Positions 25,811-35,824 of a stretch of DNA of 64,000 bases are shown here, piece after piece (positions within the stretch are counted from its first letter, which is position 1; every line of letters starts with the position of its first letter). The notes under the pieces are model-generated. The model had not been told where the DNA came from, did no database searches, and was given only the letters and a program-made list of their open reading frames with translations. Where the stretch lies: NCBI GenBank assembly GCA_026991555.1, contig JALXBI010000050.1, positions 245 to 64,244 of the forward strand. Reading direction: 5' to 3'. The translations under genes were made by a program, and so were the position numbers. The stretch is from Candidatus Aminicenantes bacterium (GTDB lineage: Bacteria; Acidobacteriota; Aminicenantia; S016-38).

Positions 25811-27180
25811 CCTAACCCCAGCTTTTTCCAGTAATACCTGAAGGAACGATAGGAAATGCCAAGAAGCTCTGCCGCCTTTTTCTTATCACCCTTGGCCTTG
25901 ACTACCGCGGTTTTTAGGAATTTCCTCATCTCCTCGTTCAGGTAATCCTCCAGGTTAAATTTTCCCTTCATTTCAAGGAATTCTTCTATGTTAATTCCGC
26001 TATCAATCTTCTTTTTCTGAAATAGTTTTTCCGGAAGGTCCTGAACGGTTATATAGGAGCCCGTTTCCATAACCACAGCTCTTTCCACCACATTCTGAAG
26101 CTCCCGTATATTTCCAGGCCAATGATATGTTTCCATGGCCACGAGGGCATCCTTTTCTATCCCGAGAATCCCTTTATCGTGCTTTTTGTTAAACTGGTCA
26201 ATGAAATGCTGGACCAGAAGGGGTATGTCCTGCCTCCTTTTTCTGAGGGGCGGAAGTTCTATTCTTACCACATCCAGTCTGTAGAAAAGGTCCTCCCTGA
26301 ACTCCCCCCTTCTGACAATCTCATCTATGTCCTGATTGGTGGCGGTTATTATTCTCACATCAACTTCTATTTCCTCCTCCCCCCCAACCCTTCTTATTTT
26401 TTTATCCTGGATAGCGGTAAGGAGTTTTGCCTGCATGTTTAAACTCATCCCCGAGATCTCATCAAGAAATAGCGTCCCTCCCTTTGCCACCTCAAACAAT
26501 CCCCTTTTCCTGGAGACCGCTCCGGTGAAAGCTCCCTTTTCGTGGCCGAAGAGTTCGCTTTCCAGAAGGTGTTCCGGGATAGCCGCACAGTTTATAGAGA
26601 CAAATTTCTGCCTCCTTCTGGGACTCAACTCGTGAATAACCCTGGCAAGGAGGGTTTTGCCGGTGCCGCTCTCTCCGGTAATAAGAACATTCACATCGCT
26701 GGGGGCTATCCTCCTTACCAGATCCATGATTTTCTCCATGGCAGGACTTTTGGCCACCAGCTTTTTTTCCTGGTAAATAGCTTGAAGCTCACGTCTGAGT
26801 TCCTCCACCTCCCTGCGGAGGGAACTGGACTCTAAGGCCTTCCTCACCACAATTTCAAGGGTTTCAAGGTCAAAGGGCTTCAGTATGTAATCCTCTGCCC
26901 CCATTTTAAGAGCCTTTACGGCATCCTCCACTGACGCATAAGCCGTTATTAAAATGACGGGGACTTCCGGAGAAGATTTCTTTATTCTTTCCAGAAGGTC
27001 AATTCCATTAAGTTCTCCGGGAAGTTTTATATCGCTTAAAACGATATCAAAATCCTCGTAAATTGAAAGGGCTTCTTCTGCGGTTACCACTCCCTTGGTA
27101 AAATAACCCTTTCCCTGGAAAAAGAGGACCAGTATCTCCAGGAGCTGTTCGTCGTCTTCCACAACTAAGATTTTTTCCAT
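25807..27180 (-). CDS. pilR: sigma-54-dependent response regulator, PilR-like
   Basis: REC, AAA+ (GESGTGKT; FEVAKGGTLFLDEI) and C-terminal HTH domains. Adjacent to the pilS-like kinase and pilBTC. Confidence 0.75.
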   Translation of the reverse strand: MEKILVVEDDEQLLEILVLFFQGKGYFTKGVVTAEEALSIYEDFDIVLSDIKLPGELNGIDLLERIKKSSPEVPVILITAYASVEDAVKALKMGAEDYILKPFDLETLEIVVRKALESSSLRREVEELRRELQAIYQEKKLVAKSPAMEKIMDLVRRIAPSDVNVLITGESGTGKTLLARVIHELSPRRRQKFVSINCAAIPEHLLESELFGHEKGAFTGAVSRKRGLFEVAKGGTLFLDEISGMSLNMQAKLLTAIQDKKIRRVGGEEEIEVDVRIITATNQDIDEIVRRGEFREDLFYRLDVVRIELPPLRKRRQDIPLLVQHFIDQFNKKHDKGILGIEKDALVAMETYHWPGNIRELQNVVERAVVMETGSYITVQDLPEKLFQKKKIDSGINIEEFLEMKGKFNLEDYLNEEMRKFLKTAVVKAKGDKKKAAELLGISYRSFRYYWKKLGLG

Positions 27181-28424
27181 CTTATCCTGACCTCCCCTGA
27201 AGTGGCGGTGAGTATACCGTTTATGCTGGCTATAACATAGGCCAGCTCCAGGGCAGAGAAGCCTTTACCGGTGGGAAGTTTCTTCAGATTCGGACTGAGA
27301 ATCATTGAGATTTCCTCCTCCCTCAGAGGGGGCTCCCTTCTGAGGATAATCTCCCCCTCTTTCACCTCCTCCTCAAATCTTGCCCCATCCAAGTATAAAA
27401 TTTCCTTGAGAATAGCCAGAGCTCTTGTTGGAGATGGATTGGCCCCTAAGGAAGTCCAGCGAAGAAGAATCTCGTTAATTTTCTCTGCCCTTTCCCTGAT
27501 TTTCCACATAAGTTCGTTTTTTCTTTCCTCCTCAAGGCTGGGAAGAAGCTGAAGCAGACCGAGAATGGATGCCAGGGGATTTCTGAGTTCGTGGGCAATG
27601 ATGGATATGGTTTCTCTCACCCCTTCCCTCCTCAGCATAAACCATCTCTGAGTATTGTCGCTTATGACGAAAATTTGCCCGTAGGAAAGGGGAAATCTCT
27701 TTACTGTGTAAACCCTCCCCGAACTTCTTACAGTCCCCTCCTTGCCTATAAGTTCTTGGAGGGGCATCTCCTCGCACCCGCGGCCTTTAAGGACCACCTT
27801 CCCGTCCTGCATTAAAACCACGCATTCGTGGGTATGGCTCAGTATTTCGTCCAGTTTTGAGGCAAAAACCTTCTCCTCCTCCCTCAACATGATTTTTTTC
27901 GTTAACTTGTTTAGTTCATCTCTGGAAATTATCAGTATATAAGCCAGGGCAGGGAATCCCAGGGAGTAAACTAAAAGCCCTGTGGTAAACTCCTTATAGT
28001 TGAAATTAATGTTGGGTATTTTAAAATAAAAGGTAGTGAAGGAAAAGAGAAGGTAGGAAAGCAGTGGGGTCAGAGAGGCTATAAAGAGCCTCTTCCGGTC
28101 CGAAAGGAAGTAGAAGGCCTCCAGTAGCAGGAAAACGAAAAGAAAATAAAGAAGGCTTTCGTATCCCCCGGTATTCAATATTAGATAGGATATGAGAAAC
28201 CAATCTCCTATAAGTTGGGCCACTATAAGCCGGTCTTCTCTTACCCCTATACGAAGAAGGAACAGGTAAAGAACCGACAGGGTAAAAAGAAGACCGAGAA
28301 ACGAGAAGAAAAATCTCACCGGAAATAAGTTCAGGAAGGCAAGATGGATAATTATGAGGGATAGTAGAAGAAAGAAACCTATAAATATGCGAAGTTCTAT
28401 AAGCTTAAGAATCTTGCGGGGCAT
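27165..28424 (-). CDS. pilS: membrane sensor histidine kinase, PilS-like
   Basis: N-terminal polytopic membrane domain of about 6 TM segments. H-box HELRNPLASILG. Degenerate C-terminal ATPase domain. Confidence 0.65.
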   Translation of the reverse strand: MPRKILKLIELRIFIGFFLLLSLIIIHLAFLNLFPVRFFFSFLGLLFTLSVLYLFLLRIGVREDRLIVAQLIGDWFLISYLILNTGGYESLLYFLFVFLLLEAFYFLSDRKRLFIASLTPLLSYLLFSFTTFYFKIPNINFNYKEFTTGLLVYSLGFPALAYILIISRDELNKLTKKIMLREEEKVFASKLDEILSHTHECVVLMQDGKVVLKGRGCEEMPLQELIGKEGTVRSSGRVYTVKRFPLSYGQIFVISDNTQRWFMLRREGVRETISIIAHELRNPLASILGLLQLLPSLEEERKNELMWKIRERAEKINEILLRWTSLGANPSPTRALAILKEILYLDGARFEEEVKEGEIILRREPPLREEEISMILSPNLKKLPTGKGFSALELAYVIASINGILTATSGEVRIRWKKS

Positions 28425-29623
28425 TAAAATCTGCCCAGAAGGTTGAATATGGGAAGGTACATGGAAAGAACTATACCTCCCACCAGACCTCCCAGGAACA
28501 GAACCATTATGGGCTCCATTACGGAGATCAATGCGCTTACTGCAGAATCCACCTCTTCTTCGTAGAAATCCGCTATTTTATTTAACATTGTATCCAGAGC
28601 ACCTGTGGCCTCCCCGGCTTCCACCATCTGACTTATCATAACAGGTATATAGGGACTTTTCCGCAGGGGTTCGCTTAGGCTCTTTCCTGCTGCTACCTCC
28701 TCCCTGGCATCCAGGATCAATTTTTCTATTATGGTATTTCCAGCCGTTTTTGCAGAAATGTCCAGGGCAAGGAGTATGTCCACTCCTGATGTGACAAGGG
28801 TCGCCAGGGTCCTCATCACCTTGGCCAGTGCTCCCTTTAAAATTAGAGGCCCTATTACCCAGAGCTTCAGTTTAAGCTTATCTACAGTCCTCCTCCCACC
28901 TGGAGTGGAAACATAAAATTTATACAGGAGAAAGAGCCCTATCAGACCTCCCATCCAGAGGTAAAATTGGTGGATAAGGAAATTGCTCGTGCTGATAACT
29001 ATTTGGGTAGGAAGAGGCAGTTCAGCACCCAGATCGTGGTAAAGTTTTGCAAAGGCAGGAATAACCTTCCAGAGGATAAAGGCCGTAATAAGAATAGCTA
29101 TGGTTAAAACGGCTATAGGATAGGCCAGAGCTGATTTTATTTTGCTCACCAGGGCCTTTATTTTTTCCAGGTAATCCGCAAGTCTCTGCAGGATTATATC
29201 AAGGGTTCCACCAGTCTCTCCGGCAGCTACCATATTTACATATAGGGAATCAAAGACCTCCGGATGTTTGGCAAAGGCGTTGGAAAGGGAACTTCCGCCC
29301 CTTACATCTTCGGTCACCTTTTCCAGCACTGCTTTAAACCTTTTGTTGCTCTGTTGCTCTGCTAAGGCAGCAAGCGCCTGGTCTATAGCAAGACCTGCGT
29401 TTACCATAACAGAGAGTTGTCTGGTAAATATAGCGAGTTCCTTAAGGCTTGCGGCTTTTTTAAGCCTCGGAAGCTTGAGTTCAAAACCCTTCTTTTTAAG
29501 GTAGGATATCTGAATACCTTCTCTTAATAGAGCTCTCCTTACGTCTTCTTCCGAGGGGGCAGCCCTCTCGCCGGTTACCATCTGCCCCATCCTGTTGATG
29601 CCTTTAAAAACAAAAACAGGCAT
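28424..29623 (-). CDS. pilC: type IV pilus inner-membrane platform protein PilC (GspF family)
   Basis: Two GspF repeats, 399 aa, typical PilC architecture. Confidence 0.85.
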   Translation of the reverse strand: MPVFVFKGINRMGQMVTGERAAPSEEDVRRALLREGIQISYLKKKGFELKLPRLKKAASLKELAIFTRQLSVMVNAGLAIDQALAALAEQQSNKRFKAVLEKVTEDVRGGSSLSNAFAKHPEVFDSLYVNMVAAGETGGTLDIILQRLADYLEKIKALVSKIKSALAYPIAVLTIAILITAFILWKVIPAFAKLYHDLGAELPLPTQIVISTSNFLIHQFYLWMGGLIGLFLLYKFYVSTPGGRRTVDKLKLKLWVIGPLILKGALAKVMRTLATLVTSGVDILLALDISAKTAGNTIIEKLILDAREEVAAGKSLSEPLRKSPYIPVMISQMVEAGEATGALDTMLNKIADFYEEEVDSAVSALISVMEPIMVLFLGGLVGGIVLSMYLPIFNLLGRF

Positions 29624-29632
29624 TACTACCTC

Positions 29633-30775
29633 CTACATGGATTTTCTTAACTTGGTTTCTATTACACCCGCCATGGCCGGAGGGGTGTAAATATGCCTCA
29701 CCGCTGCAGGCCCTCTTCTTATAAGATCATGAAGCTCCTCAGGATAGGAACTGGCCCCCATGGCGGTCTCTAAGGTGATAAGCCGCTTAAAATAAAGGGC
29801 TGCAAGGGACTGATTAAAGGTGTGCATCCCAGTGGCTTCCTGACCTGTTTGCATTGATGAATAGATCTGATGAATCTTGTCCTCCCTGATGAGGTTCCTT
29901 ATGGCTGGAGTGGGGACTAACACTTCGGTGGCGAGAATCCTTCCCCTGCCATCAGCCCTGGGAAGAAGGGATTGGGTTACTATACCTTCAAGTATCATGG
30001 AAAGCTGGGTTCTAACCTGGGACTGCTGATGGGGAGGGAATATGTCTATTATCCTGGTTATGGTTTGAGCCGCAGAATTGGTATGGAGGGTGGCCAGGGT
30101 AAGGTGCCCGGTTTCGGCAATCCTCAGGGCCGCCTCCACAGTTTCCAGATCCCTCATCTCACCGATGAGAACCACATCCGGGTCCTCCCTGAGCACAGAC
30201 CTCAGGGCATTGTGAAAGGACTTGGTGTCGGTATGAATTTCCCTCTGGTTTATAAGCGCCCTCTTGTGAGAATGAAGATATTCAATGGGGTCTTCTATGG
30301 TTACTATGTGGACTGGCCTTTCCTTATTAATCTTGTCAATCATAGTGGCCAGAGTGGTGGATTTTCCTGAGCCTGTGGGCCCTGTGACCAGAATGAGTCC
30401 CCTGGGTTTCTCACAGAACTTCTTAACCACCGGAGGAATTCCCAGCTCCTCAAAGGACCTTATTTCATAGGGAATCTTTCTGAAGGCCCCTGCCACTGCA
30501 CCTCTCTGCATAAAAACATTGGCCCTGAATCTGGCAAGCCCCTTTATGCCGAAGGAGAAATCAATTTCCCAGTTTTCCTCAAAACGGTGCTTCTGGGTAT
30601 CGGTTAATATGGAATATATGAGGCTCTTGGTCTCTGGAGGGGATAGAGGGGGAAAGTTGAGCCTTTCCAGCGCCCCGTTTACCCTTATAACAGGAGGAGA
30701 GCCTGTGGTTACATGCAGGTCTGTTCCTCCCCTTTCTATCATGATCCTCAAAAGTTCCACCAGAGTAAGAGCCAT
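29633..30775 (-). CDS. pilT: twitching-motility retraction ATPase PilT
   Basis: Walker A GPTGSGKST, then DIHV...IEDPIEY and the PilT C-terminal region. Confidence 0.85.
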   Translation of the reverse strand: MALTLVELLRIMIERGGTDLHVTTGSPPVIRVNGALERLNFPPLSPPETKSLIYSILTDTQKHRFEENWEIDFSFGIKGLARFRANVFMQRGAVAGAFRKIPYEIRSFEELGIPPVVKKFCEKPRGLILVTGPTGSGKSTTLATMIDKINKERPVHIVTIEDPIEYLHSHKRALINQREIHTDTKSFHNALRSVLREDPDVVLIGEMRDLETVEAALRIAETGHLTLATLHTNSAAQTITRIIDIFPPHQQSQVRTQLSMILEGIVTQSLLPRADGRGRILATEVLVPTPAIRNLIREDKIHQIYSSMQTGQEATGMHTFNQSLAALYFKRLITLETAMGASSYPEELHDLIRRGPAAVRHIYTPPAMAGVIETKLRKSM

Positions 30776-30785
30776 TTTTCCTCCT

Positions 30786-32537
30786 TTAATACTTCACTGT
30801 TTCCCTCACCACTTCCTCTATGGAAGTAATACCCTGTTTTATTTTCTCAAGGCCGCTTCTTCTGAGGGTAATCATACCCTGTTCTATGGCCTTTCTCCTT
30901 ATTTCCGCAGATGAGGCTCCGGAAAGTATGAGTTCCTGAATTTCCTCCGTCACCTCAAGGACCTCAAAAAGACCTATCCTGCCCTTGTAACCCGTGTTAT
31001 TGCAGTGCTTGCAGCCAACGGGTTTGTAAACGGTGACATTTTTCGCCTCCTCCGGGGTAAATCCGAGCTCTATTAGAACCTGAGGAGGCACATCTGCAGG
31101 CTCCTTACATTTATTGCACAGCCTTCTTACGAGCCTCTGAGCCACTATAGCCACCACGGAGGTTGCCACTAAGAAGGGCTCTATTCCCATGTTTATGAGC
31201 CTGGTAACAGCGCTGGCAGCATCATTGGTATGGAGGGTGGAAAGAACCAAGTGACCCGTAAGGGCTGCTTTAATGGCTATCTCAGCGGTTTCGAAATCCC
31301 TTATTTCTCCCACCAGTATTATGTTGGGGTCCTGCCTTAGAAAAGCCCTGAGGGCTGATGCAAAGGTTAACCCTATGTCCTCCCTTATGTGGACTTGGTT
31401 TATTCCATAAAGATTAAATTCCACAGGGTCCTCGGCAGTCATTATATTAACTTCCGGGGTATTGAGGGTGGAAAGGGCAGAGTAAAGGGTATTGGTTTTT
31501 CCGGAGCCTGTGGGGCCGGTCACCAGTATCATTCCCCAGGGCCTTTTTATGGCCTTCTGGAATTTTTCAAGACTTTCCGGTTCAAAACCCAGCTGGGTAA
31601 GGTCAAGTCGGAGCTGATCCCTATCCAGAATCCTTATAACCACCTTCTCCCCGAAAATAGTGGGAAGAATGGAAACCCTCATGTCCACTTCCTTTTTCCT
31701 TCCCTCGTCTGTTTTCACCTTCATCTTTATTCTGCCATCCTGGGGAAGCCTTTTCTCGGCTATGTTAAGATGGGACAGAATCTTGATTCTTGAAACTATA
31801 CCGTCCTTCATTCTGAGGGGAGGTGTCATAACGGGATGAAGCACACCGTCTATTCTGTATCTAACCCTTAATTCCTTCTCGTAAGGTTCTATATGTATGT
31901 CTGAAGCTCCCCGGTTTATGGCTTCCCTTAAAATAAGATTAACCAGCCTTACTACGGGTTTTTCCTCCGCCTCCTTGCTCAGTGTCCTCACATCCGCCTC
32001 TTCCTCCTCCTCCACCATTTCCAGATCCTCTGCCTCCAGATCAAGGTCAGCAAATTCATCCATGCTTTCTCCCATTATGTCTTCCATCTCCTCTTTAACC
32101 TCTATTTCGTGCTCAGAACCGTAAAGTTTCTCTATGGCTTCTATTATAGAAGACTCCGAGGCCACCGCCGGCTGTATGTTAAGGCCGGTAAGGAATTTTA
32201 GCTCCTCTATGGCGTAAAGATTGGTTGGGTCGGCCATAGCTACAGTTAAAGTAGCCCCTGCCCTGTCAACGGGAACAAGCATGTATTTTCTGGCGATCTC
32301 CGCGGGAACCCATTCTTTTACCTTCGGGGAAAGTTCAAACTTCGAAAGGTTTATATAGGGATAACCGTATTGCCTGGAAAGAACAGAAGTAACTTGCTCT
32401 TCAGTGGCAAAGCCCAATTTAATTAATATGGAACCGAGCCTGCCCCCATGGAGTCTCTGATATTCCAGAGCTTCTTCAAGTTGTGAGGGTGTGATTATCC
32501 CCTCTTTGACCAGGAGCTCACCCAATTTGCTCGCCAT
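30786..32537 (-). CDS. pilB: type IV pilus assembly ATPase PilB (GspE family with N-terminal T2SSE_N domain)
   Basis: Walker A GPTGSGKT. Tetracysteine CNKC...CKHC. N-terminal MshEN-like domain. Confidence 0.85.
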   Translation of the reverse strand: MASKLGELLVKEGIITPSQLEEALEYQRLHGGRLGSILIKLGFATEEQVTSVLSRQYGYPYINLSKFELSPKVKEWVPAEIARKYMLVPVDRAGATLTVAMADPTNLYAIEELKFLTGLNIQPAVASESSIIEAIEKLYGSEHEIEVKEEMEDIMGESMDEFADLDLEAEDLEMVEEEEEADVRTLSKEAEEKPVVRLVNLILREAINRGASDIHIEPYEKELRVRYRIDGVLHPVMTPPLRMKDGIVSRIKILSHLNIAEKRLPQDGRIKMKVKTDEGRKKEVDMRVSILPTIFGEKVVIRILDRDQLRLDLTQLGFEPESLEKFQKAIKRPWGMILVTGPTGSGKTNTLYSALSTLNTPEVNIMTAEDPVEFNLYGINQVHIREDIGLTFASALRAFLRQDPNIILVGEIRDFETAEIAIKAALTGHLVLSTLHTNDAASAVTRLINMGIEPFLVATSVVAIVAQRLVRRLCNKCKEPADVPPQVLIELGFTPEEAKNVTVYKPVGCKHCNNTGYKGRIGLFEVLEVTEEIQELILSGASSAEIRRKAIEQGMITLRRSGLEKIKQGITSIEEVVRETVKY

Positions 32538-32576
32538 TTCTATCTCCTTAAAAAATCTTCCTTTCTAAAAATTATA

Positions 32577-33584
32577 TTAAAACGCATTGGTAATAGCAAG
32601 GGAAATCATAAATCCGGCTTTCTCCCCGTCTCTCAAGTTCATCCCAGCCCTTAAGCTTAATCTTCTGTAACGAAGGGCGCCGTAAAGGGAATAGAATTTT
32701 TCCCCTTCCCACTGGCGAAGCCCAACTCCCAGGTTAATTACCCTGGCATCAAATAACAAGGAGAGAAAATACCTGTTTTTGTAGGAGGAGGCATCCGCCC
32801 CGGCCGATAGGTAAAGGGCAGAGGAAATTTTGTAGGAACCTGCCACAAGGATGTATTCAGGCGTAAGCTTTTCGCCCCTGGATATGGGAATGTCAAGCAT
32901 GGATACCGCAAACATTAATTTTCCGGTGAGAAAACCCGCAAAGCCCACATCCAGGGCCATCCTCTTTCCTGCCTCTTCCTCCCCTTCCTCAAGGGAAAGG
33001 AGTTCTCCCGGAGAAGCGAAATTCCTCCCGTCGGATATGGGCAAACTGAAACTCCAATTTTTGTAAAAAACATATTTTGTGGTTATCCCCATGAAAATTC
33101 TGTTTTTTCTCAAAAAATATGCCTTGGAAAAGAAAACCTCCTTTCTTTGTCTTATCTTATAATTCACCAGGAAATCTTCAGGATTTTCAGGGGAAAATTT
33201 CTCGCCCTCTGTGCCGAAAGCCGCAAGTTCCCTGTGATAAATGTATCCAAAGGCCCCTCCCCTCCCGCTAACATATACCGTCCTGGAAAAACTGGTGTAG
33301 GAGCTTCCCTCTTCCGCCCTTTTGAGCTCATCGTAAGAAGGGGGGGATTTTTCCCCAAGCACTGAGAAAAGCCCGGAACAATCCATGGCGAAGTTTCCCT
33401 GGGAATACTGAAGGGAAGGGAAGTTAAAGGCTGCTAAGGCCGGATTGTAAAAAGCTCCAGACTCCTGAGCCAGTGCTGTAAGGGCAGCCGAGGGCATTAC
33501 TCCAATGGGATCAAGAACCGGAGGCTGGAAATCCGAAGCCAGAATTGAAGAAGAAAGAATTAGAATAAACAGAATTTTTCTCAT
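32577..33584 (-). CDS. outer-membrane protein, unknown family
   Basis: Signal peptide, beta-rich, C-terminal Phe (ITNAF). Confidence 0.35.
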   Translation of the reverse strand: MRKILFILILSSSILASDFQPPVLDPIGVMPSAALTALAQESGAFYNPALAAFNFPSLQYSQGNFAMDCSGLFSVLGEKSPPSYDELKRAEEGSSYTSFSRTVYVSGRGGAFGYIYHRELAAFGTEGEKFSPENPEDFLVNYKIRQRKEVFFSKAYFLRKNRIFMGITTKYVFYKNWSFSLPISDGRNFASPGELLSLEEGEEEAGKRMALDVGFAGFLTGKLMFAVSMLDIPISRGEKLTPEYILVAGSYKISSALYLSAGADASSYKNRYFLSLLFDARVINLGVGLRQWEGEKFYSLYGALRYRRLSLRAGMNLRDGEKAGFMISLAITNAF

Positions 33585-34294
33585 AGTCCGAGAATGCTCT
33601 TCTCCAGTTTGATTATTTCACCGATTTTTTCAAGACCTATATCCATAAGTTCAATGAGAACTTTTTTAGAAAAGCTCCCTCCTTCTCCTGTTCCCTGAAT
33701 TTCCACGAGTTCTCCTTTCTCCGTGGCGATGATGTTAAGGTCCAAGGAAGCCTTGGAATCCTCCTCGTAGTCCAGGTCCACCAGAATTTTTCCATCCACA
33801 ATCCCAAGGCTTACCCCTGCGATAAGTTCCTTCATGGGGTTGTCGAATAATTGATTTTCGTAAACCATTTTTTTGAAGGCAGAGTAAACCGCAATTACCC
33901 CCCCAAGAAGACTTGCCATTCTGGTGCCCCCATCCGCCTGAATAACATCACAATCTACGGTTACCGTTCTTTCTCCCAGCATTTCAAGGTCCACCACCGC
34001 CCTCAGGGCTCTGCCTATGAGCCTCTGAATCTCGTGGCTTCTGCCGGAGACCTTGGTTTCCCTGCCCTCCCGGAGTTTCCTTCTGTCGGTGGAACGGGGA
34101 AGCATATTGTATTCGGCGGTTATCCAGCCCTTTCCGCTTCCCTTGAGCCATGCAGGAACCTTCTCCTCCACCGAAGCGGCCACGATTATTATGTTATCCC
34201 CCCAGCGGACCAGGGCAGAACCCTCTGCGTATTTAAGATAATCGGGAATTACCTCAATCTTGCGGAGTTCGTTCCAGTCCCTATTCTTTCTCAT
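33581..34294 (-). CDS. rph: ribonuclease PH
   Basis: Start taken at the internal MRKNRDW; the upstream part of the ORF is probably not coding. GSALVRWGDNIIIVAASVEE and TAEYNMLPRSTDRR are RNase PH motifs. Confidence 0.85.
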   Translation of the reverse strand: MRKNRDWNELRKIEVIPDYLKYAEGSALVRWGDNIIIVAASVEEKVPAWLKGSGKGWITAEYNMLPRSTDRRKLREGRETKVSGRSHEIQRLIGRALRAVVDLEMLGERTVTVDCDVIQADGGTRMASLLGGVIAVYSAFKKMVYENQLFDNPMKELIAGVSLGIVDGKILVDLDYEEDSKASLDLNIIATEKGELVEIQGTGEGGSFSKKVLIELMDIGLEKIGEIIKLEKSILGL

Positions 34295-34919
34295 ATCCTG
34301 CTTTCTTAATAAGAGCCTTCTCAAAGTTTTTGGCAAAAAGCTCTGCATCCCTGCTGGAACCCACGATCTTCCCCCAATGCATGGGTATGGCAACTCCCAC
34401 ATCCATTTTCTTTGCTGCCTCCACCGCCTGAGCCCAATCCATGGTATATGTCCCGCCCACGGGCAAAAGGGCCACATCCACCTTTATACCCTCCATTTCA
34501 GGAATGAGGTCGGTATCTCCTGCATGATAAACGCTGCCTATAGGGGTCTCCACAATGTAACCTACCCAGCCCTTTTCCTTCGGGTGAAAACTCTTCTCCA
34601 GGTTATAGGCTGGAATTGCCCTTATGAGAAATTCCCCTAAGGTAATATCCTGTCCAGGCATCACATAGACCGCGTTGGTATGAGTAAATTTTTCCCTGGC
34701 CTCCTGCGGTAGCACCACCACGGTCCCCTTTCTTTCCACCTTTTCAATGTCCTGGGGAGAGAGGTGGTCAAAATGGGAGTGGGTTATCAATATTATGTCC
34801 GCTTTAGGTAAACCCTCTGGAATAGAATAGGGATCAATATAAATGTTTTTATTCCCCACCTTTAAAAGAAAACTGGCATGTCCGAGCCAGTAGACATTAT
34901 CCACTAAGTCCTGCCTCAT
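34281..34919 (-). CDS. MBL-fold metallo-hydrolase
   Basis: ILITHSHFDH (HxHxDH) motif. Confidence 0.7.
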   Translation of the reverse strand: MRQDLVDNVYWLGHASFLLKVGNKNIYIDPYSIPEGLPKADIILITHSHFDHLSPQDIEKVERKGTVVVLPQEAREKFTHTNAVYVMPGQDITLGEFLIRAIPAYNLEKSFHPKEKGWVGYIVETPIGSVYHAGDTDLIPEMEGIKVDVALLPVGGTYTMDWAQAVEAAKKMDVGVAIPMHWGKIVGSSRDAELFAKNFEKALIKKAGYEKE

Positions 34920-34924
34920 AATTC

Positions 34925-35824
34925 TTATTTTAGGACAAGGGGCCAGGATTTCAAGAGTTCGTCAAGTCTCAGAAGGGCTTCTTGAGAAACCTTTGCCCTC
35001 CAATTGATCACGAAAATCCCTCCCCTGAAATTTTCGAGTCTTTTTATTTTAACGAAGTCCTTTTCCGTGGTATAAACTGGCAATCCGCGGCTCCTGCGAT
35101 AAACCTCATCCAGGTCCTGCGGGGTATATCTATGGTGGTCCGGGAAAATAAGGGAATTTTCCAGTTTAGGGAAAAGAGACAGAAATTTCTCTGGTCTTGC
35201 AATGCCACAGAAGGCAAAAACCCTTTCCTCAGGGACTCCCTCGGGGTAAAGGAAGTATGTATAGGGAGTGTTCGAGGCCTCCTTGAGGGGTTGAAGAATC
35301 AGGTGAGCCCGGCGCAGGGCCCTTTTACTTTCCCTTAGATAAAAATCAGGAACTTCCAGAGAATGCAGAACCACTTCTATCTTCTTCAACTTCAGATACT
35401 GGAAGGCATCGTCAAGAATGAGGAGGTTAATTCCCCTGCTTTTAGCCATTTCTGCAAGGACTTCCCTCCTTTTTCCCACAAAGATCCAGGCATTAGGAAG
35501 GGCTTCCCTCAAAACCGCTGCTTCGTCTCCGGCTTCAAAGGGATTTATCTCCTCCTGTGGAGGAAAGGCCCTTTCCCTTTTAATTTTGCCCCGGTAACCA
35601 CGAATTCCCACCCCCACGGAGAAATCCTTTTTACTATAGTGCTGGGAAAGAAATATAGTAACCGGGGTTTTACCCGTTCCCCCGAAGGCTATGTTGCCCA
35701 CGGAAATAACCGGAATCGCAGGAATTTCCCCCCTAATTAAATACCTTCTTAAAAATACAAGTTCCCTGTAGGGGAAAAGCAGGGGCGCGAACAGTCTAAA
35801 TATTCTGGAGGATAATTTCCGCAT
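34925..35824 (-). CDS. lpxK: tetraacyldisaccharide 4'-kinase
   Basis: VISVGNIAFGGTGKTPV is the P-loop signature. Confidence 0.8.
   Translation of the reverse strand: MRKLSSRIFRLFAPLLFPYRELVFLRRYLIRGEIPAIPVISVGNIAFGGTGKTPVTIFLSQHYSKKDFSVGVGIRGYRGKIKRERAFPPQEEINPFEAGDEAAVLREALPNAWIFVGKRREVLAEMAKSRGINLLILDDAFQYLKLKKIEVVLHSLEVPDFYLRESKRALRRAHLILQPLKEASNTPYTYFLYPEGVPEERVFAFCGIARPEKFLSLFPKLENSLIFPDHHRYTPQDLDEVYRRSRGLPVYTTEKDFVKIKRLENFRGGIFVINWRAKVSQEALLRLDELLKSWPLVLK

Noticed and set aside
33581-34477. 298-aa version of rph
   Set aside because: The first 61 residues (MWPFCPWAGHIPW...) are not part of RNase PH and overlap the upstream gene. The conserved protein starts at the internal Met (34294).
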